A DNA stretch of 64,000 nucleotides, from NCBI RefSeq assembly GCF_963921235.1, contig NC_086097.1, positions 29,514,001 through 29,578,000 on the forward strand, read 5' to 3'. Source of the stretch: Mobula hypostoma. Taxonomy: Eukaryota. The first letter of the stretch is position 1, and every line of letters starts with the position of its first letter. The position numbers and the translations under genes are program-made. Below the pieces are notes generated by a model. The model saw only the letters and a list, made by a program, of their open reading frames with translations. It was not told the origin of the DNA and made no database searches. Shown here piece by piece: positions 12,817 through 26,272 of the stretch.

Positions 12817-13179
12817 TACTGGTTTTCATTGATACCAATGTATTTCTTTTTCTGCTGTGAATGCCTCCAAGAAAATGAATCTCGGGTTAGTATGTGGTGA
12901 AAAATACACACTTTGATAATAAATTTGCTTTGAACACTATTTCATCCTGGACACAGTGGGTAGTGTCCTCTTATTATTTCAATATGATTGAGGTTAAGGA
13001 AGTTCAGCTTGTTACGGGGCACTAACAAACTTCTACAGATGTACTGCTGGAAGCATCTGACTGGTTGCATCATGGTCTGGTACAGCATTTCAAAGGCACA
13101 GGAACACAAGGAGCCACAGGGGGTAGTGTAGTCTGCCCAATACATCAAAGTCAAAGTAAATTTATTGTTAAGGTACATG

Positions 13180-16100
13180 GCGGATGAACAAGTGGCTGCG
13201 GAACTGGTGTAGGGGGCAGGGTTTCAGATTTCAGGATCATTGGGACCTCTCCTGGGGCAGGTGGGACCTGTACAAGAGAGACGGGTTACACCTGATCTAC
13301 AAGGGAACCAATATCCTTGCAGGGAGGTTTGTTAGTGCTATTGGGGAGGGTTTAAACTAGATTTGCAGGGTGATGGGAACCAAAGTGCCAGAGCAGATAG
13401 TGGAGCAGGGGGTGAAAGTAAATGATGTTAATGCAAAGTCACAAATAGAAGGGTTGTGTGTGGTGGTATTAATCTTCTGAGGTGCGTCTACTTCAATGCA
13501 ACGAGTATTGTGGGGAAGGCAGACGAGCTGAGGACATGGATTGACACATGGAATTACGACGTTATAGCCATTAGTGAAACTTGGCTACAGGAGGGGCAGG
13601 ACTGGCAGCTTAATGTTCCAGGGTTCTGATGTTTCAGACGTGATCGAGTCAGGGGGATGAAGGGTAGAGGGGCGGCATTGCTAGTCAGGGAAAATATTAC
13701 AGCAGTGCTCAGGCAGGACAGATTAGTGGGCTTGTCTACTGAGGCCATATGGGTGGAGCTGAGAAACAGGAAAGGTATGACCACATTAATGGTGGTTGTA
13801 TTATAGACCACCCAATAGTCAGCAAGAATTGGAGGAGCAAATCTGCAGAGAGAGATAGCAGACAACTGCAGGAAACGAAGTTGTGATAGTAGGGGATTTT
13901 AATTTTCCGCATATTGATTGGGACTCCCATACTGTTAAAGGTCTAGACGGGTTAGAGCTTGTAAAATATGTTCAGGAAAGTTTACTAAATCAATATATAG
14001 AGGTACCAACTAGAGAGGATGCAATATTAGATCTCCTATTAGGAAACGAGTTAGGACTGGTGACGGAAGTGTGTGTAAGGGAACACTTTGGTTCCAGTGA
14101 TCATAACACTTCAAGTTTCAACTTGAAGTGGATAAAGAAAGATCTGGTTTTCGGGTTGAGGTTCTAAACTGAAAAAAGGCCAAATTTGAAGAAATGAGAA
14201 AGGATCTAAAAAGTGTGGATTGGGACAGGTTGTTCTCTGGGAAAGGATGTGATGGTAAATGGGAGGCCTTCAAAGGAGGAATTTTGAGAGTGCAGAGTTT
14301 GTATATTCCTGTCAGGATTAAAGGCAAAGTGAATAAGAATAAGGAATCTTGGTTCTCAAGGGATATTAGAACTCTGATAAAGAGGGAGAGAGAGATGTAT
14401 GACATGTATAGGAAACAGGGAGCAAATAAGGTGCTTGAGTATAAAAAATGCAAAAAAAACTTAAGAAAGAAATCAGGAGGGCTAAAAGAAGACATGAGGT
14501 TGCTTTGGCAGTCAAAGTGAAGGATAATCCAAAGAGCTTCTACAGGTATATTAAGAGCAAAAGGATAGTAAGGGATAAAATTGGTCCTCTTGAAGATCAG
14601 AGTGGTCGGCTATGTATGGAACCAAAGGAAATGGGGAGATCATAACTGGTTTTTTTGTGTCTGTATTTACTAAGGAAACTGGCATGGAGTCAATGGAAAT
14701 AAGGCAAACAAGTAGTGAGGTCATGGAACCTATACAGATTGAAGAGGAGGAGGTGTTTGCTATCTTGAGGCATATCAGAGTAGATAAACCCCAGGACCTG
14801 ACAGGGTATTCCCTTGGATCTTGAAGGAGACTAGTGTTGCAGGGGCCCTGGCAGATATATTTAAAATGTCAGTAGCTACGGGTGAGGTGCCGGAGGATTG
14901 GAGGATAGCTCATGTTGTTCCGTTGTTTAAAAAAGGCTCTAAAAGTAATCCGGGAACTTATAGACCAGTAAATTTGACATTGGTAGTAGGTAAATTATTG
15001 GAAGGAGTACTAAGAGATAGGATCTACAAGTATTTGGATAGACAGGGACTTATTAGGGAGAGTCAACATGGCTTTATGCGTGGTAGGTCAAGTTTAACCA
15101 ATTTATTAGAGTTTTTCGAGGAGGTTACCAGGAAAGTGGATGAAGGGAAGGCAGTGGATGTTGTCTACATGGACGTCAGTAAGGCCTTTGACAAGGTCCC
15201 GCATGGGAGGTTAGTTAGGAAGATTCAGTTGCTAGGTATACATGGAGAGGTAGTAAATTGGATTAGACATTGGCTCAATGGAAGAAGCCAGAGAGTGGTG
15301 GTGGAGGATTGCTTCTCTGAGTGGAGGCCTGTGATTAGTGGTGTGCCACAGGGATCAGTGCTGGGTCCATTGTTATTTGTCATCTATATCAATAATCTGG
15401 ATGATAATGTGGTAAATTGGATCAGCAAATTTGCTGATGATACAAAGATTAGAGGTGTAGTGGACAGTGAGGAAGGTTTTCAAAGCTTGCAGAGGGATTT
15501 GGACCAGCTGGAAAAATGGGCTGAAAAATGGCAGATGGAGATTAATACAGACAAGTGTGAGGTACTGCACTTTGGAGGGGCAAACCAAGGTAGAACATAC
15601 AAGGTAAATGGTAAGACACTAAGGAGTGCAGTGGAACAGAGGGATCTGGGAATGCAGATACAAAATTCCCTAAAAGTGGCGTCACAGGTAGATAGGGTCG
15701 TAAAGAGAGCTTTTGGTACATTGGCCTTTATATATCAAAGTATTGAGTATAAGAGTTGGAATGTTATGGTGAGGTTGTATAAGGCATTGGTGAGGCCGAA
15801 TCTCGAATATTGTGTTCAGTTTTGGTCACCAAATTACAGGAAGGATATAAATAAGGTTGAAAGAGTGCAGAGAAGGTTTACAAGGATGTTGCCAGGACTT
15901 GAGAAACTGAGTTACAGAGAAAGGTTGAATAGGTTAAGACTTTATTCCCTAGAGCATACAAGTTGATAGAGGTATATAAAATTATGATGGGTATAGATAG
16001 AGTGAATGCAAGCAGGCTTTTTCCACGGAGGCTAGGGGAGGAAAAAACCAGAGGACATGGGTTAAGGGCGAAGGGGGAAAAGTTTAAAGGGAACATTAGG

Positions 16101-16335
16101 GGGGACTTCTTCACACAGAGAGTGGTGGGAGTGTGGAATGAGCTGCCAGATGAAGTGGTAAATGCGGGCTCACTTTTAACATTTAAGAAAAACTTGGACA
16201 GGTACATGGATGAGAGATGTATGGAGGGATATGGTCCAGGTGCAGGTCGGTGGGATGAGCAGAAAAATGGCTCAGCACAGCCAAAGGCCAAAAGGCCTGT
16301 TTCTGTGCTGTAACGTTCTATGTTATATAGTTCTA
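13180..16335 (+). mobile_element. CR1 LINE: ORF1 esterase C-terminus plus disrupted ORF2 (APE endonuclease and RT)
   Basis: ORF1 end ...LYKRDGLHL...GEGLN* at 13360; GDFNFPHIDW (EN); [13 protein letters not shown] and KFADDTK (RT); CR1 3' tail; several frameshifts. Confidence 0.95.
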
Positions 16336-16925
16336 TATATTAACATATACTATCTTGTGATTCATTTTCTTGCAGGTGTTTAACAGGAATTTTTTTTTTA
16401 ATTTATGAAAAACTATACAAAAACAAAGACTAGCAAACAACCACTGTGCAAAAGATGACAAGTTGTGGCAAGTAAAAAATAAATAATATTGAGAAGATGA
16501 GTTGTAGAGTACATGTAATTGAAGGTGAGCCTGTAGGGTGTGGAGTAAGTTTAGAGTTGTGAATGAGTTACCCACACCAGTTCAGGATCCTGATGGTTGT
16601 AGGGTAACAACTGTTCCTGAACCTGGTGGCGTGGGACCTCAGGCTCCTGTATTTCCTGCCCAATCGTAGTTGCGAGAAGAGGGCATGGCCTGCCCAGTGG
16701 GGGTCCTGGATGATGGATGCTGCTTTCTTCTGATGATGCTCCTTGTAAATGTACTCTATGGAGGGAAGGGCTTTTTCTGTGATGGACTGGGCTGTATCCA
16801 CCAAATTTTGTAGAATTTTCCCTTCCTGAACGTTGGTGTTTCCATTCCAGGCTGTGATGCAACCAGTCAGGATACTCTCCTCCGTGCATCTATAGATGTT
16901 TTGCAAAGTTTTAGGTGACATCACA
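16335..16925 (-). mobile_element. Rex1/Babar- or L2-like LINE 3' fragment
   Basis: YRCTEESILTGCITAWNGN...GRKYRSLRSHATRFRNSCYPTTIRILN; its 3' end continues on the far side of the CR1 at about 13145-13180. Confidence 0.8.
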
Positions 16926-17626
16926 GGCCCATAACCCCCCCCCCCCGCCCCACCACCACTAGTAATATCTACAGGTGCTGCTGCCTCAAGGTGGCAATAT
17001 CCGTCATACCAGATCCCCACCATCTGGGCCATGCCATCTTCTCAGTTACCATCGGGCAGGAGGTACAGAAGCCTGAAGTCCCACACCACCAGGTTCAGGA
17101 ACAGCTACTTCCCTTCAACCATTCACATTTTGAACGAACCTGCACAACCCTGATCACAACTTCAGTTTAGCAACACTATGACCACTTCCCTCTATGTGGA
17201 ATTTGTAGTAGTTTTATTCTAATTCTGTTTTATTGTATATGTATTTTCCTATGAATGCAAAAGTCCCACCTGGTCCAGGTTTACACCACCAGATTCAGGA
17301 CCATCCCTCAACCATCAGGCTCCTGAACCAAAGGGGATAACCTTACTCAACTTCACTTGCCCCCTCACTGAAATGCTCCTACAACCTTTGGATGTACTTT
17401 CAAGGACTCATCTCATGTCTTTGATATTTATTGCTTATTTATTTATTATTCTTTTTCTTTCTTTCTTTTTGCATTTGCAGATTTTGCACATTGGTTGAAC
17501 GCCCACGAGGGTGCAGTCTTTCATAATTCTGTTATGGTATTACTCAATGGATTTATTGAGTATGCCCAGAAGACACTGAATCTCAGGGTCGTATATGGTG
17601 ACATATATGTACTTGGATAATAAATT

Positions 17627-19895
17627 TCTGGCGTGCTACTGGTGTCTTCCAGTAAAGACTGAAACAAAATACTTATTAAGTTCATCTCTTTGTTCCCCCA
17701 TTACTAGATCTCCAGCGTGATTCTCCAATGGTCCAATATCCACTTTCACCTCTCTTTTACTCTATATACTTGCAAAATCTTTAAGTATCCTCTTTTTTAT
17801 TATTGGCTAGCTTACCTTTATGTTCCATCTTTTCTCTCCTTATAGCATTTTTAGCCTTCTGTTGGTTTTTAAAAGCTTCCCAATCCTCTAGCTTCCCAAT
17901 AATTTTTGCTATATTTTATGCCCTCTCTTTTGCTTTTATGCTGTCTTTGATTTCCCTTGTCAGCCACAATTGCCTCATACTCCCTTTAGAATACTTAATC
18001 TCTGAAATGTATCTGTCCTGTTTCTTCTGATTTACTCCCAGAAACTTCAGCCATCGTTCCAGCTGGGGATCTCATCCAATCAACGTTGGCCGACTCCTCC
18101 CTCATGCCTCTGTAACTCCCTTTACTCCACTGTAATACTGATACATCTGACATTTTCCTCTCCCTTGCAAACTGCAGGATGCATTCTATAATATTATGCT
18201 TACTGGCTCCTAAGGGTGCCTTTACCTTAAGCTCCCCAATCAAATCTGGTTCGTCACACAACACCCAATCCAGAATTGTCTTTCCCCTAGTAATGGGCTC
18301 AACCACAAACTGCTCTAGAAAGTCATCTCATAGGCATTCTACAAATTCCCTCTCTTGGGATCCAGCTTCAATCTGAATTTCCCAGTCTACCCCCATAATG
18401 AAATCCCCATGACTATCATAACATTGCCTTTTTTACATGTCCTTGCCATCTTCTATTATAATTTGTATCCCACATCCTGACTACTGTTTGGAGGCCTGTA
18501 TACAACTTCCATTGGGGTCTTTTTACTCTTGCAGTTTCTTAACTCGACCCACAAGGATTCTACATCCTCCAATCGTATGTCACCTTTTTCTATGGATTTG
18601 ATTTAATTTTTTTTTACCACCCACCCCCTCTGCCAACTTGCCTGTCTTTTTGATACAACAAACAAATGTTTATTCCTGGATGTTAAGCTTCCAACTCTGA
18701 TCCTCTTTCAGCCACAACTTCATACCTGCCAATCTCCAACAGTGCTGCCAGATCATCTACTTTATTTCATATACTGCGTGCATTCAAATATAACACTTTC
18801 AGAACTGTATTCATCGCCTTCGTGATTCTGCCACCAGGTTACACTTCATCTCATCCCACTTACAATTTTGCCCCGTCATCTGCCTGTCCTTCCTCACAGT
18901 CTCACTACACACTGCCTCTGCTTGTATACCAACTGCCCCATCTTCAGCCCTATCACTCCAGTTCCCATCCCCCTGCCAAATTAGTTTAAACCCTTCCCAA
19001 CAGCTTCAGCCTGTAAGGATATTGGTCCCCCTCGGGCTCAGGCGTAACCCGACCCTTTTGTACAAGTCCATACCTTCCCCAGAAAGGATCTCAATGATCC
19101 AGAAATCTGAAACCTTGCTCTCTACACCAATTTGTCAACTATGCATTCATCTGCCAAATCATCCAATTCTTACTCTCACTGGCATGCGGCACAGGCAGCA
19201 ATCCAGACATTACTACCCTGGAGGTCCAGCTTTTCAGCTATCTACCTCACTCCCTCTATTCTCTCTTCAGGACCTGCTCCCATTTCCTACTTATGCTGTT
19301 TGTACCAATATGTACCACGACTTCTGACTGCTCACCCTCCCCCTTTAGAATGCTGTGGACCCAAGCCTGACCCTGGGACCTGGGAGGCAACACACTATCC
19401 AGATGTCTCTTTCATGTCCCCAGAATCTCCAGTCTGCTCCTTGAATTATGGAATTCCCTGTCACTACTGCACTCCTCTTCTCCCCACTTCCCTCTGAGCC
19501 ACAGCACCAGAATTAGTGCCGGAGACCTGGTCACTGTGGTTTCCCCCCAGTAGGGCTTTCTTCCCCCACCAACAGTATCCAAACTCGTACGCTTATTATT
19601 GAGGGGAATGTCTACAGGGGTTTTATGCACTTCCCATTCCCTTTCCCTCTCCTGACAGTCGCCCAGGTACCAGCCTCTTGCAACTTGGGGGGTGACCATC
19701 CCCCTGTAGCTCCTAGTGAACACCTCCTCAATCTCCCATATGAGCCTCTCCAGTTCCCTAACACAGTCTGTAAGGAGCTGCAGCTTGATGCACTTCATGC
19801 AGATGTAGTTCTCAGGGAGACTGGCCATCTCCCAGAGTTCCCACAAAGAACATACCACTAATTCTGGACCTAATCTCAGCACACTAGACATCTAC
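17627..19895 (-). mobile_element. CR1 LINE 5' part (ORF1 zinc finger/esterase, ORF2 endonuclease), decayed, RT region missing
   Basis: CMKCIKLQLLTDCVRELE in ORF1; PITRGKTILDWVLCDEPDLI...ASKHNII (EN). Confidence 0.85.
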
Positions 19896-20929
19896 TATTA
19901 GACAAAGAAAGAGAGCAAAACAACTCACTAGAAACTTACTTAGAACCTCTGCCTGTGCTTGCCCAAGCCTGCTGAGAACTATGCAGGACAGAAGCATTAG
20001 ATTGCTCTTAGAGCATCTTAAATGGTCAGCACAACATTGTGGGCTGAAGGGTCTATACTGTGCTACACTGATCTAGCACCTCATTTTCTCTCTAGGTAGT
20101 CTCCAACCTAATGGACTGAACATCGATTTCTCTAACATCTCCCCAGTTCCCCCTTCCCCTTCTGGTTTCCCCCATTCCGGTAGCCCTCTCTCTTACCCTC
20201 ATGAACTGCCCATCACCTCCCTCTAGTTTCCTGCCTCCTTCCCTTTCTTCCGTGGTCAACTGTCCTTTCCCAGCAGGTTCGTTCTTCTTCTGCTCTTTAC
20301 CCTTCTACCTATCCCCCCCACCTCCCTCACCTAGTCTCATCCATCACACGCCAGCTTGTACTTGTTCCCTCCCCCCCATGTTCTTGTCTTCTTCCCACTT
20401 CCTTTCCAGTCCTGACCAATGGTCTCTGTCTGACTTGTCGACTGTTTATTCCTCTCCATTGGTACATGGAGGTCATACCTCATTTATATATTGATTTATG
20501 ATGGTCACATATACCAAGGTACTAATGTCCTGCCTACTGTGCCCATAGATCAAATCATTTCCCGAACACTGGTGAGGCCACATTTGGAGTATTGTAGACA
20601 GTTTTGGTCATCATGCTAGAGGAAAGATGTCAGTAAGCTGGAAAGCGTGCAAAAATACTTAGAAGGTTGTTGGCAGGAGTTGAGGGATGAGTTAGAGGGA
20701 AAGGCTGGACAGGCTAGGGCTATATTCTTTGGAGCACAGGAGCCTGAGGTCTTACAGAGGCGTATAAAACTTCAGCGGCATAGAAAACGACCCTCAGTCA
20801 TTTCTCAGGGTTGGGGAACGAAGAACTAGAGGTCAGAGGTTAAGGTGAGAGGGGAAAGATTTAACAGGAACTTGAAGAACAATTTTTTTCCCCCCACACG
20901 TAATGGATGGTTTCCGTGTGGAGTAAGCT

Positions 20930-21243
20930 GGTGGTATGGTAATGTTGCAGTCAGTGTAACGCGTTACAGTGGCAGAGCCCCGGTTTCAGTTCTCACCGCT
21001 GCCTATAAGCAGTTACTGCATTCTCCCTGTGAGTGTATGGGTTTCCTCTGGGTGCCCTGGTCTCCTCCCACATTCCAAAAGCGTACGCATTAGGGTTAGT
21101 GAGTTGTGGGCGTGCTACCTCGGCGCTGGACGCACGGCGACACTTGCCGGCTGCCTCCGGCCGGTCCTCGGACTGTGTTGCTCATTGATGCAAAACAAGC
21201 GTTTCGCTGCATGCTTCCACGTACAAATAAAGCTAACCTTTGA
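20930..21243 (+). mobile_element. tRNA-derived V-SINE with LINE-like 3' tail
   Basis: tRNA-like head, GGTTTCCTCTGGGTGCCCTGGTCTCCTCCCACATTCCAAAAG V-domain, tail ...GTACAAATAAAGCTAACCTTTG. Confidence 0.75.
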
Positions 21244-21819
21244 AAAAAAGTCGTGTGGGGTAAGCTGCCGGGGGAAGTGGTTGAGGCACATACGGCAACG
21301 ATGCTTAAAAGACAGGCAGACTGGCACATGGATTGTAAAGGTTTAGAAGGTTGGCAAATAGGATGCGCGTGAATATGGCGCCTTGGTCAACACAGACAGG
21401 TGGGCTGAAAGCCTTTTCTTCCTGCTGTAGAACTCCGTGACCTTGTGCATACTTGGAACCCCAAAGGTAGCTGGAAGTTCTGAGTATTTCTAATGCAGAT
21501 GGAGACATGAGAAGCAAGTGGGTCAGAGGTTACCATAGGTAAACAGGAATGCAGTGTAGCGGTTACAATAAAGTCAGCCAGGTAACCTTTTCCTGCTTCC
21601 AAATCTGTATGCTTGTCTGTTCATTGTTGTGTGCTGACGTCATTGTGGTTAGACCTTAACTGCACCTTCCTCAGGCACACAGAAAGGTTTCAGATGTCAC
21701 TGGAAAACAGGTTGTTCCGTGTGTCGGTTAGGACGGGGTTGAAAGAAATTCTGGAGGGGAGAGAGAGAGAGATGCTGCACGAGTTAGACAAACCATATGT
21801 TAATAGGCTGGAGGCACAC

Positions 21820-22140
21820 GAGATTCTGCAGATGCTGGAGATCTGCAGCAACACACACAAAATGCTGGAGGAACTCAGCAAGACAGGCAGCATCTACGGA
21901 GGGGAATAAACAGTCACGGTTTCAGGCCAAGCCCCTTCTTCAGGACCGGAAAGGAAAGGGGAAGAAAGTGGAGGGAGGGGAAGGAGTACGAGCTGGCAGG
22001 TGATAGGTGAGACCAGATTAGGTGGTAGGGGGAGGTGATCAGTGGAAGAGACTCTATAGAAGACTGAAGGAAAAGGAATCTAATAAGAGAGGGAAGTGAA
22101 AGATGGGAGAGAGGGAAGGAAGTGTGCGGCACCAGGGGGA
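21820..22140 (-). mobile_element. Penelope-like pLTR fragment with degenerate hammerhead
   Basis: acacacaaaatgctggaggaactcagc...cagtcacggtttcaggccaagccccttcttcaggacc followed by the purine-rich pLTR segment. Confidence 0.75.
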
Positions 22141-23681
22141 GTGTTAAATAAATTTTTCAGTAAATGTAGTATAGGTGATTCTGTATTTTCTAGAAGCTTC
22201 TTGGTTTTTCTGCAGCAGGTGTCATGCCAGTTGAATCTGGCAGTTTTATTCGTTAGGTGTTATCTCTGGAACGTTATTATCTCTAGTCTGAGTACGAGAT
22301 GACCATGACTCCTTTTCCTCTGATAGTTCTTTATTCTTGTAACACTTAATGGAACAGCTATTATCACTAAGTTTTATGCCTCATTTTTGACTTCCAAAAC
22401 CTTTTTGGAATGATATCAGCACGATTGTCTGCACCGTCTCTGTAACTATAACACTTTCTTCTGCATTCTGCGATTGTTTCCCTTTGTACTACTTCAACGT
22501 ACTGATGTGATGAAATCACCTTCACTGACGGCATGCAAAACAATGTTTTTCACTGTACTTTGCTACACGTGACAACAATAAAACAGTCTACCAATTTAAA
22601 TGCATCAGGGATATTGAATAGGTGAATGATCAGTCTTTTCCCTGAGTCAGAGGAGCCAAAAATTAGAGGGCGTCGGTTTATAATGGGAGGGGAAAGAGTT
22701 AAGAGAGACCTGATGGGCAACTTCTTCCCGCCCCCTTCCCCCACCAACAGGGTGGTGTGTGTATGAAACATTTGGAAGATATTTGTACAGGTAAAATGAC
22801 GAGGGATACAGGCCTAAAGCAAGCATATGAGACTAGATCAGTAAAGCAACTTGGTTAGCATGGACAAGTTGGGCCAAAGTGCCTGTTTATGTATTGTCTA
22901 AATCAAAATTATCTACTCTCCTCAGAGAAACCTTGCACACATACTAGTAGATCTACCTGGAATATTTCAAGTCAGCACAGATTATTGCCATCATATTTCA
23001 CCTAATGTTGCTGGGTTCAAGCCTCAGTTGAGATGCCAGGTCCCCACCCTGAAATACAGATGCTCTTTCAGTTTCTGAGATCCTTTCATCCCCAGCTCCC
23101 ACATATCTTCACATTCCAGATTGTTTATGTCATTCTTCAGTATACGAGTATAAAGGAGAATGAAATGACTTACTCCGGATCCGATGCAACATTAAAAAAA
23201 ACAATCAGCATTAAAAAACATAATAAACATAAATATGAAAGCAATCCTATAAAACACAATGTAAAAATAACTGAGTGTGCCCGTACATACTCAAGATTAG
23301 ATTATATACATAGACTGGCAGTATGTACACACAGCGCAGGGGTATCTGAACATAAGGTGACAGACAGGAAATGATAAAGTGACAAAGTGATTCTAGGCAA
23401 GAGGAACTCTTCCAGGTAGCGGCAGGGCAGATGAAAGCACAGTAGGACAGTGACCGTCAGTGTAGGTATGAGGTGTGCAGTGGAAGTGTAAAGTGGCAGT
23501 GTATGAAGGCTGCTTTAACGAAACACATTCTTAATGCTGCTCTGGAGCGACACAAAACATGTGTGTACTTGACCAAAGCTTAATTTCATATTTGAATGGC
23601 TGCCATAAAATATGTCTGGCAAGCTATCCTGCGGGTGGAAAGAGCCATAGTTACGGACAGATATGAAGTCATTATTCTTAC

Positions 23682-23746
23682 CTTGTTTCCACACTTGTTT
23701 GCTCTGTTATTTTTGGTTCGTTCAAGGGCAGCTGACAATCTGATAC
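23682..23746 (-). CDS. CLMN: Calmin penultimate exon (predicted)
   Basis: long T tract then aacag acceptor, AAG|gtaaga donor; 65 nt, phase 0 to 2, VSDCQLPLNEPKITEQTSVET(R). Confidence 0.75.
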
Positions 23747-24164
23747 CTGTTGTTCAAAAAAAATAAAAGGGAGCAGCAGTAAATCATTAACTCACCTTTA
23801 CGCTACTTGCAAAACCTATACTTCATCAACACAGCTCACAACCAGCAAACAAACCCAACGTAACTTTCGCTCAATGTTCTCCACTAGAAGTTAGCAGGGC
23901 CATCGGGTGCCCCTGCTTTATAAAATGGCTGCCACGAGATCCTAAAGAGCCAAGCTGATCACATCACTAGATTCTACCAACATCTCAGTCTATAAACCAT
24001 TAAAAAAAGAGCAGAATTAGGCCATTTGGCCCATCACTGTGGACATGCCATATTGATGCCAGAATGTGTGGTGACACTCCCCAGGTTGTTAAAACAGACA
24101 ACGCATTTCACTGTGTTTCAATATACACGTAATCAATAAATCTGAATCAATACATCTGCCATTT

Positions 24165-24745
24165 CTCAGCCCAGTTCTGCATCCTGTCAATGTCCTTTGT
24201 AACCTATGACAACCTTCTACACTATCCACAACTCCACCAACCTTTCATCTCCAGCTCCCACTACCACTTCCTCATCCAAGTAACTTATTAAAGAGCAGGG
24301 GTCCCTGTGGAACACCACTGGTTGCCGACCTCCAGGCAGAATCTGCTCCATCTACTACCACCCTCTGCCTTCTGTAGGTATTCCAATTTTGTATCCATGT
24401 AGCCAAGTTTCCCTGGATTCCACGTCTCCTGACTTTCTGAGTGAGCTTATCAAATGCCTTACTAAAATCCTTATACACCACATCCGCTGCTCTCCCTTCA
24501 TCAATTTCCTCAAAAAAAAAGTCAATCCTTTCCAATAGTTTGCCCACCAATGACGTAAGTCTACAATTCCCACGATTATCCCTATTACCTTTCTTGAATA
24601 AAAGAATAACATCTTCACTCTCCAATTTGCTAGGGCTACTTCTGAGGCCTGCGCAGACGCAAAGATCATCGCCAAAGGCACAGCAATTTCTTCCCACATT
24701 TCCCATTGTAACTTGGAGTATATATCCTGTTCGACTCCGGGGACT
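24165..24745 (-). mobile_element. CR1 RT fragment
   Basis: ADVVYKDFSKAFDK...RRQRVVVDG...SGVPQGPLLF. Confidence 0.85.
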
Positions 24746-25506
24746 CATCTATCAGAACTCTTGAAAAAGATTACAACACTACCTCTATCACATCACACTT
24801 AAATGTCAAGAGCAGTTGATTAGATTCTTTTTTGTTGGAACCGGTTGTAAACCTGGAACTCGGATAGCTCGATGTTACTTGCCAATTCTAAACACATTGT
24901 CCAGATATTGCTGCAGGCACAAGGAGCTCTGAATGGAGTTAAACTTTGTGTAGTCGTCAGAGAACAGGAACATCTTCTGCCCCTCTGTCATCAGAGCTTT
25001 GAATACGACCTCATTATTTCTTTTTTTGTTTGCACTGTTTATTTTCTAAATTATAGCAATTTTATGTCTTTGCACTGTACAGCACAGGCTCTTTCGCCCA
25101 CAATGGTTTGCTGACCTATACAAACCTACTCCACAATCAATCTAACCCTTCCCTCCTACACAGCTCATAATCCTCCATTTATCTATCACCCATGTGCCTA
25201 TCTAAGAGTCTCTTAAATGTCCCTAACGTTTCTGCGTCAACCACCACATCTGGCAATGCATCCCACCCACCCACCACTCACTATGTGAAAAAAAAACTAT
25301 CTCTGAACTCCCCCCTAAACTTTCCTCCAAGCACCTTAAACGAAGGCCAATTCCATCTTGGGGAAAAAGTCTCTGGCTGTTCCCTCTATCTATGCCTCCC
25401 ATAATCATGTACACCTCTATCAAGTGGCCTTTCATCCTCCTTTGCTCCAATATCAGGACGTACCCAGCACATGATAAAGAGAAGGTGGGGTGTAAACAAG
25501 CACTAC

Positions 25507-25644
25507 CTCGCGCTGTTCGTCCTGTTCTGCTGCTGACATCAGTAGATCATGGGAGTGTTCATCAAGTGTTCCCAGTTCCAGCAGTGACTTCATCTGATCT
25601 TGCTCACTTGCATGATGTTGCCAAAGATTTAAATGATCTTCGTC
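25507..25644 (-). CDS. CLMN: Calmin small exon (predicted, symmetric, weak splice sites)
   Basis: ctcttactaag acceptor (AAG), GAG|gtagtg donor; 138 nt, phase 0-0, DEDHLNLWQHHASEQDQMKSLLELGTLDEHSHDLLMSAAEQDEQRE; unique sequence between repeats. Confidence 0.55.
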
Positions 25645-26272
25645 CTTAGTAAGAGGGAAGCAAGAGGCTCTGATTAGTTTGGAGGCTGTAAACTTGATGC
25701 ATTTGAACAAATGCAACTACGTACTAAAAGCAGAAGGCCATTCAGCCCCTTGAATCTACTCCGTCATTCACTGACCACATGCCCGAAGGTCGAAGACCGA
25801 AGTCAGTGAGTCTTGAGGTAAAGGCCCAAAGGTCGAATCTGAGAGTCCTGGCCAAGGACTGAAGGTTGGAGGCCCAATGCCTGTGACTCAAAGAATGCGG
25901 AATTAAGGACTAGAGGCCTGGAGGCATCCTGTCCTCGTGTTGGAAGCCTGTGTGTGTTTCTGGTGGGGCGGCTTTGCTGTTGATGTCATTTTGACCTGTT
26001 GTTCTACTGCTGAACCTTGTGCCTACGTTGGTGTTGGAATGTGTGGCTACATATATGGTCTTCCCCCAGCACATCCTTGGTGTGCTGGTTGTTATGATGC
26101 TTTTCACTGCATGTTTCAATGTACATGTGATAAATAAATCTAAACTCTGAGGCATTTGATAAGGTACCCCATGTAATGCTTATTGAGAAAGTAAGGAGGC
26201 ATGGGATCCAAGGGGTGCTTGCTTTGTGGATCCAGAACTGGCTTGCCCACAGAAGGCAAAGAGTGGTTGTAG

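Noticed and set aside
21585..21705. Possible extra calmin exon after a ttttccag acceptor
   Set aside because: Early stop codons in all three frames, and the flanking exons already join in frame.
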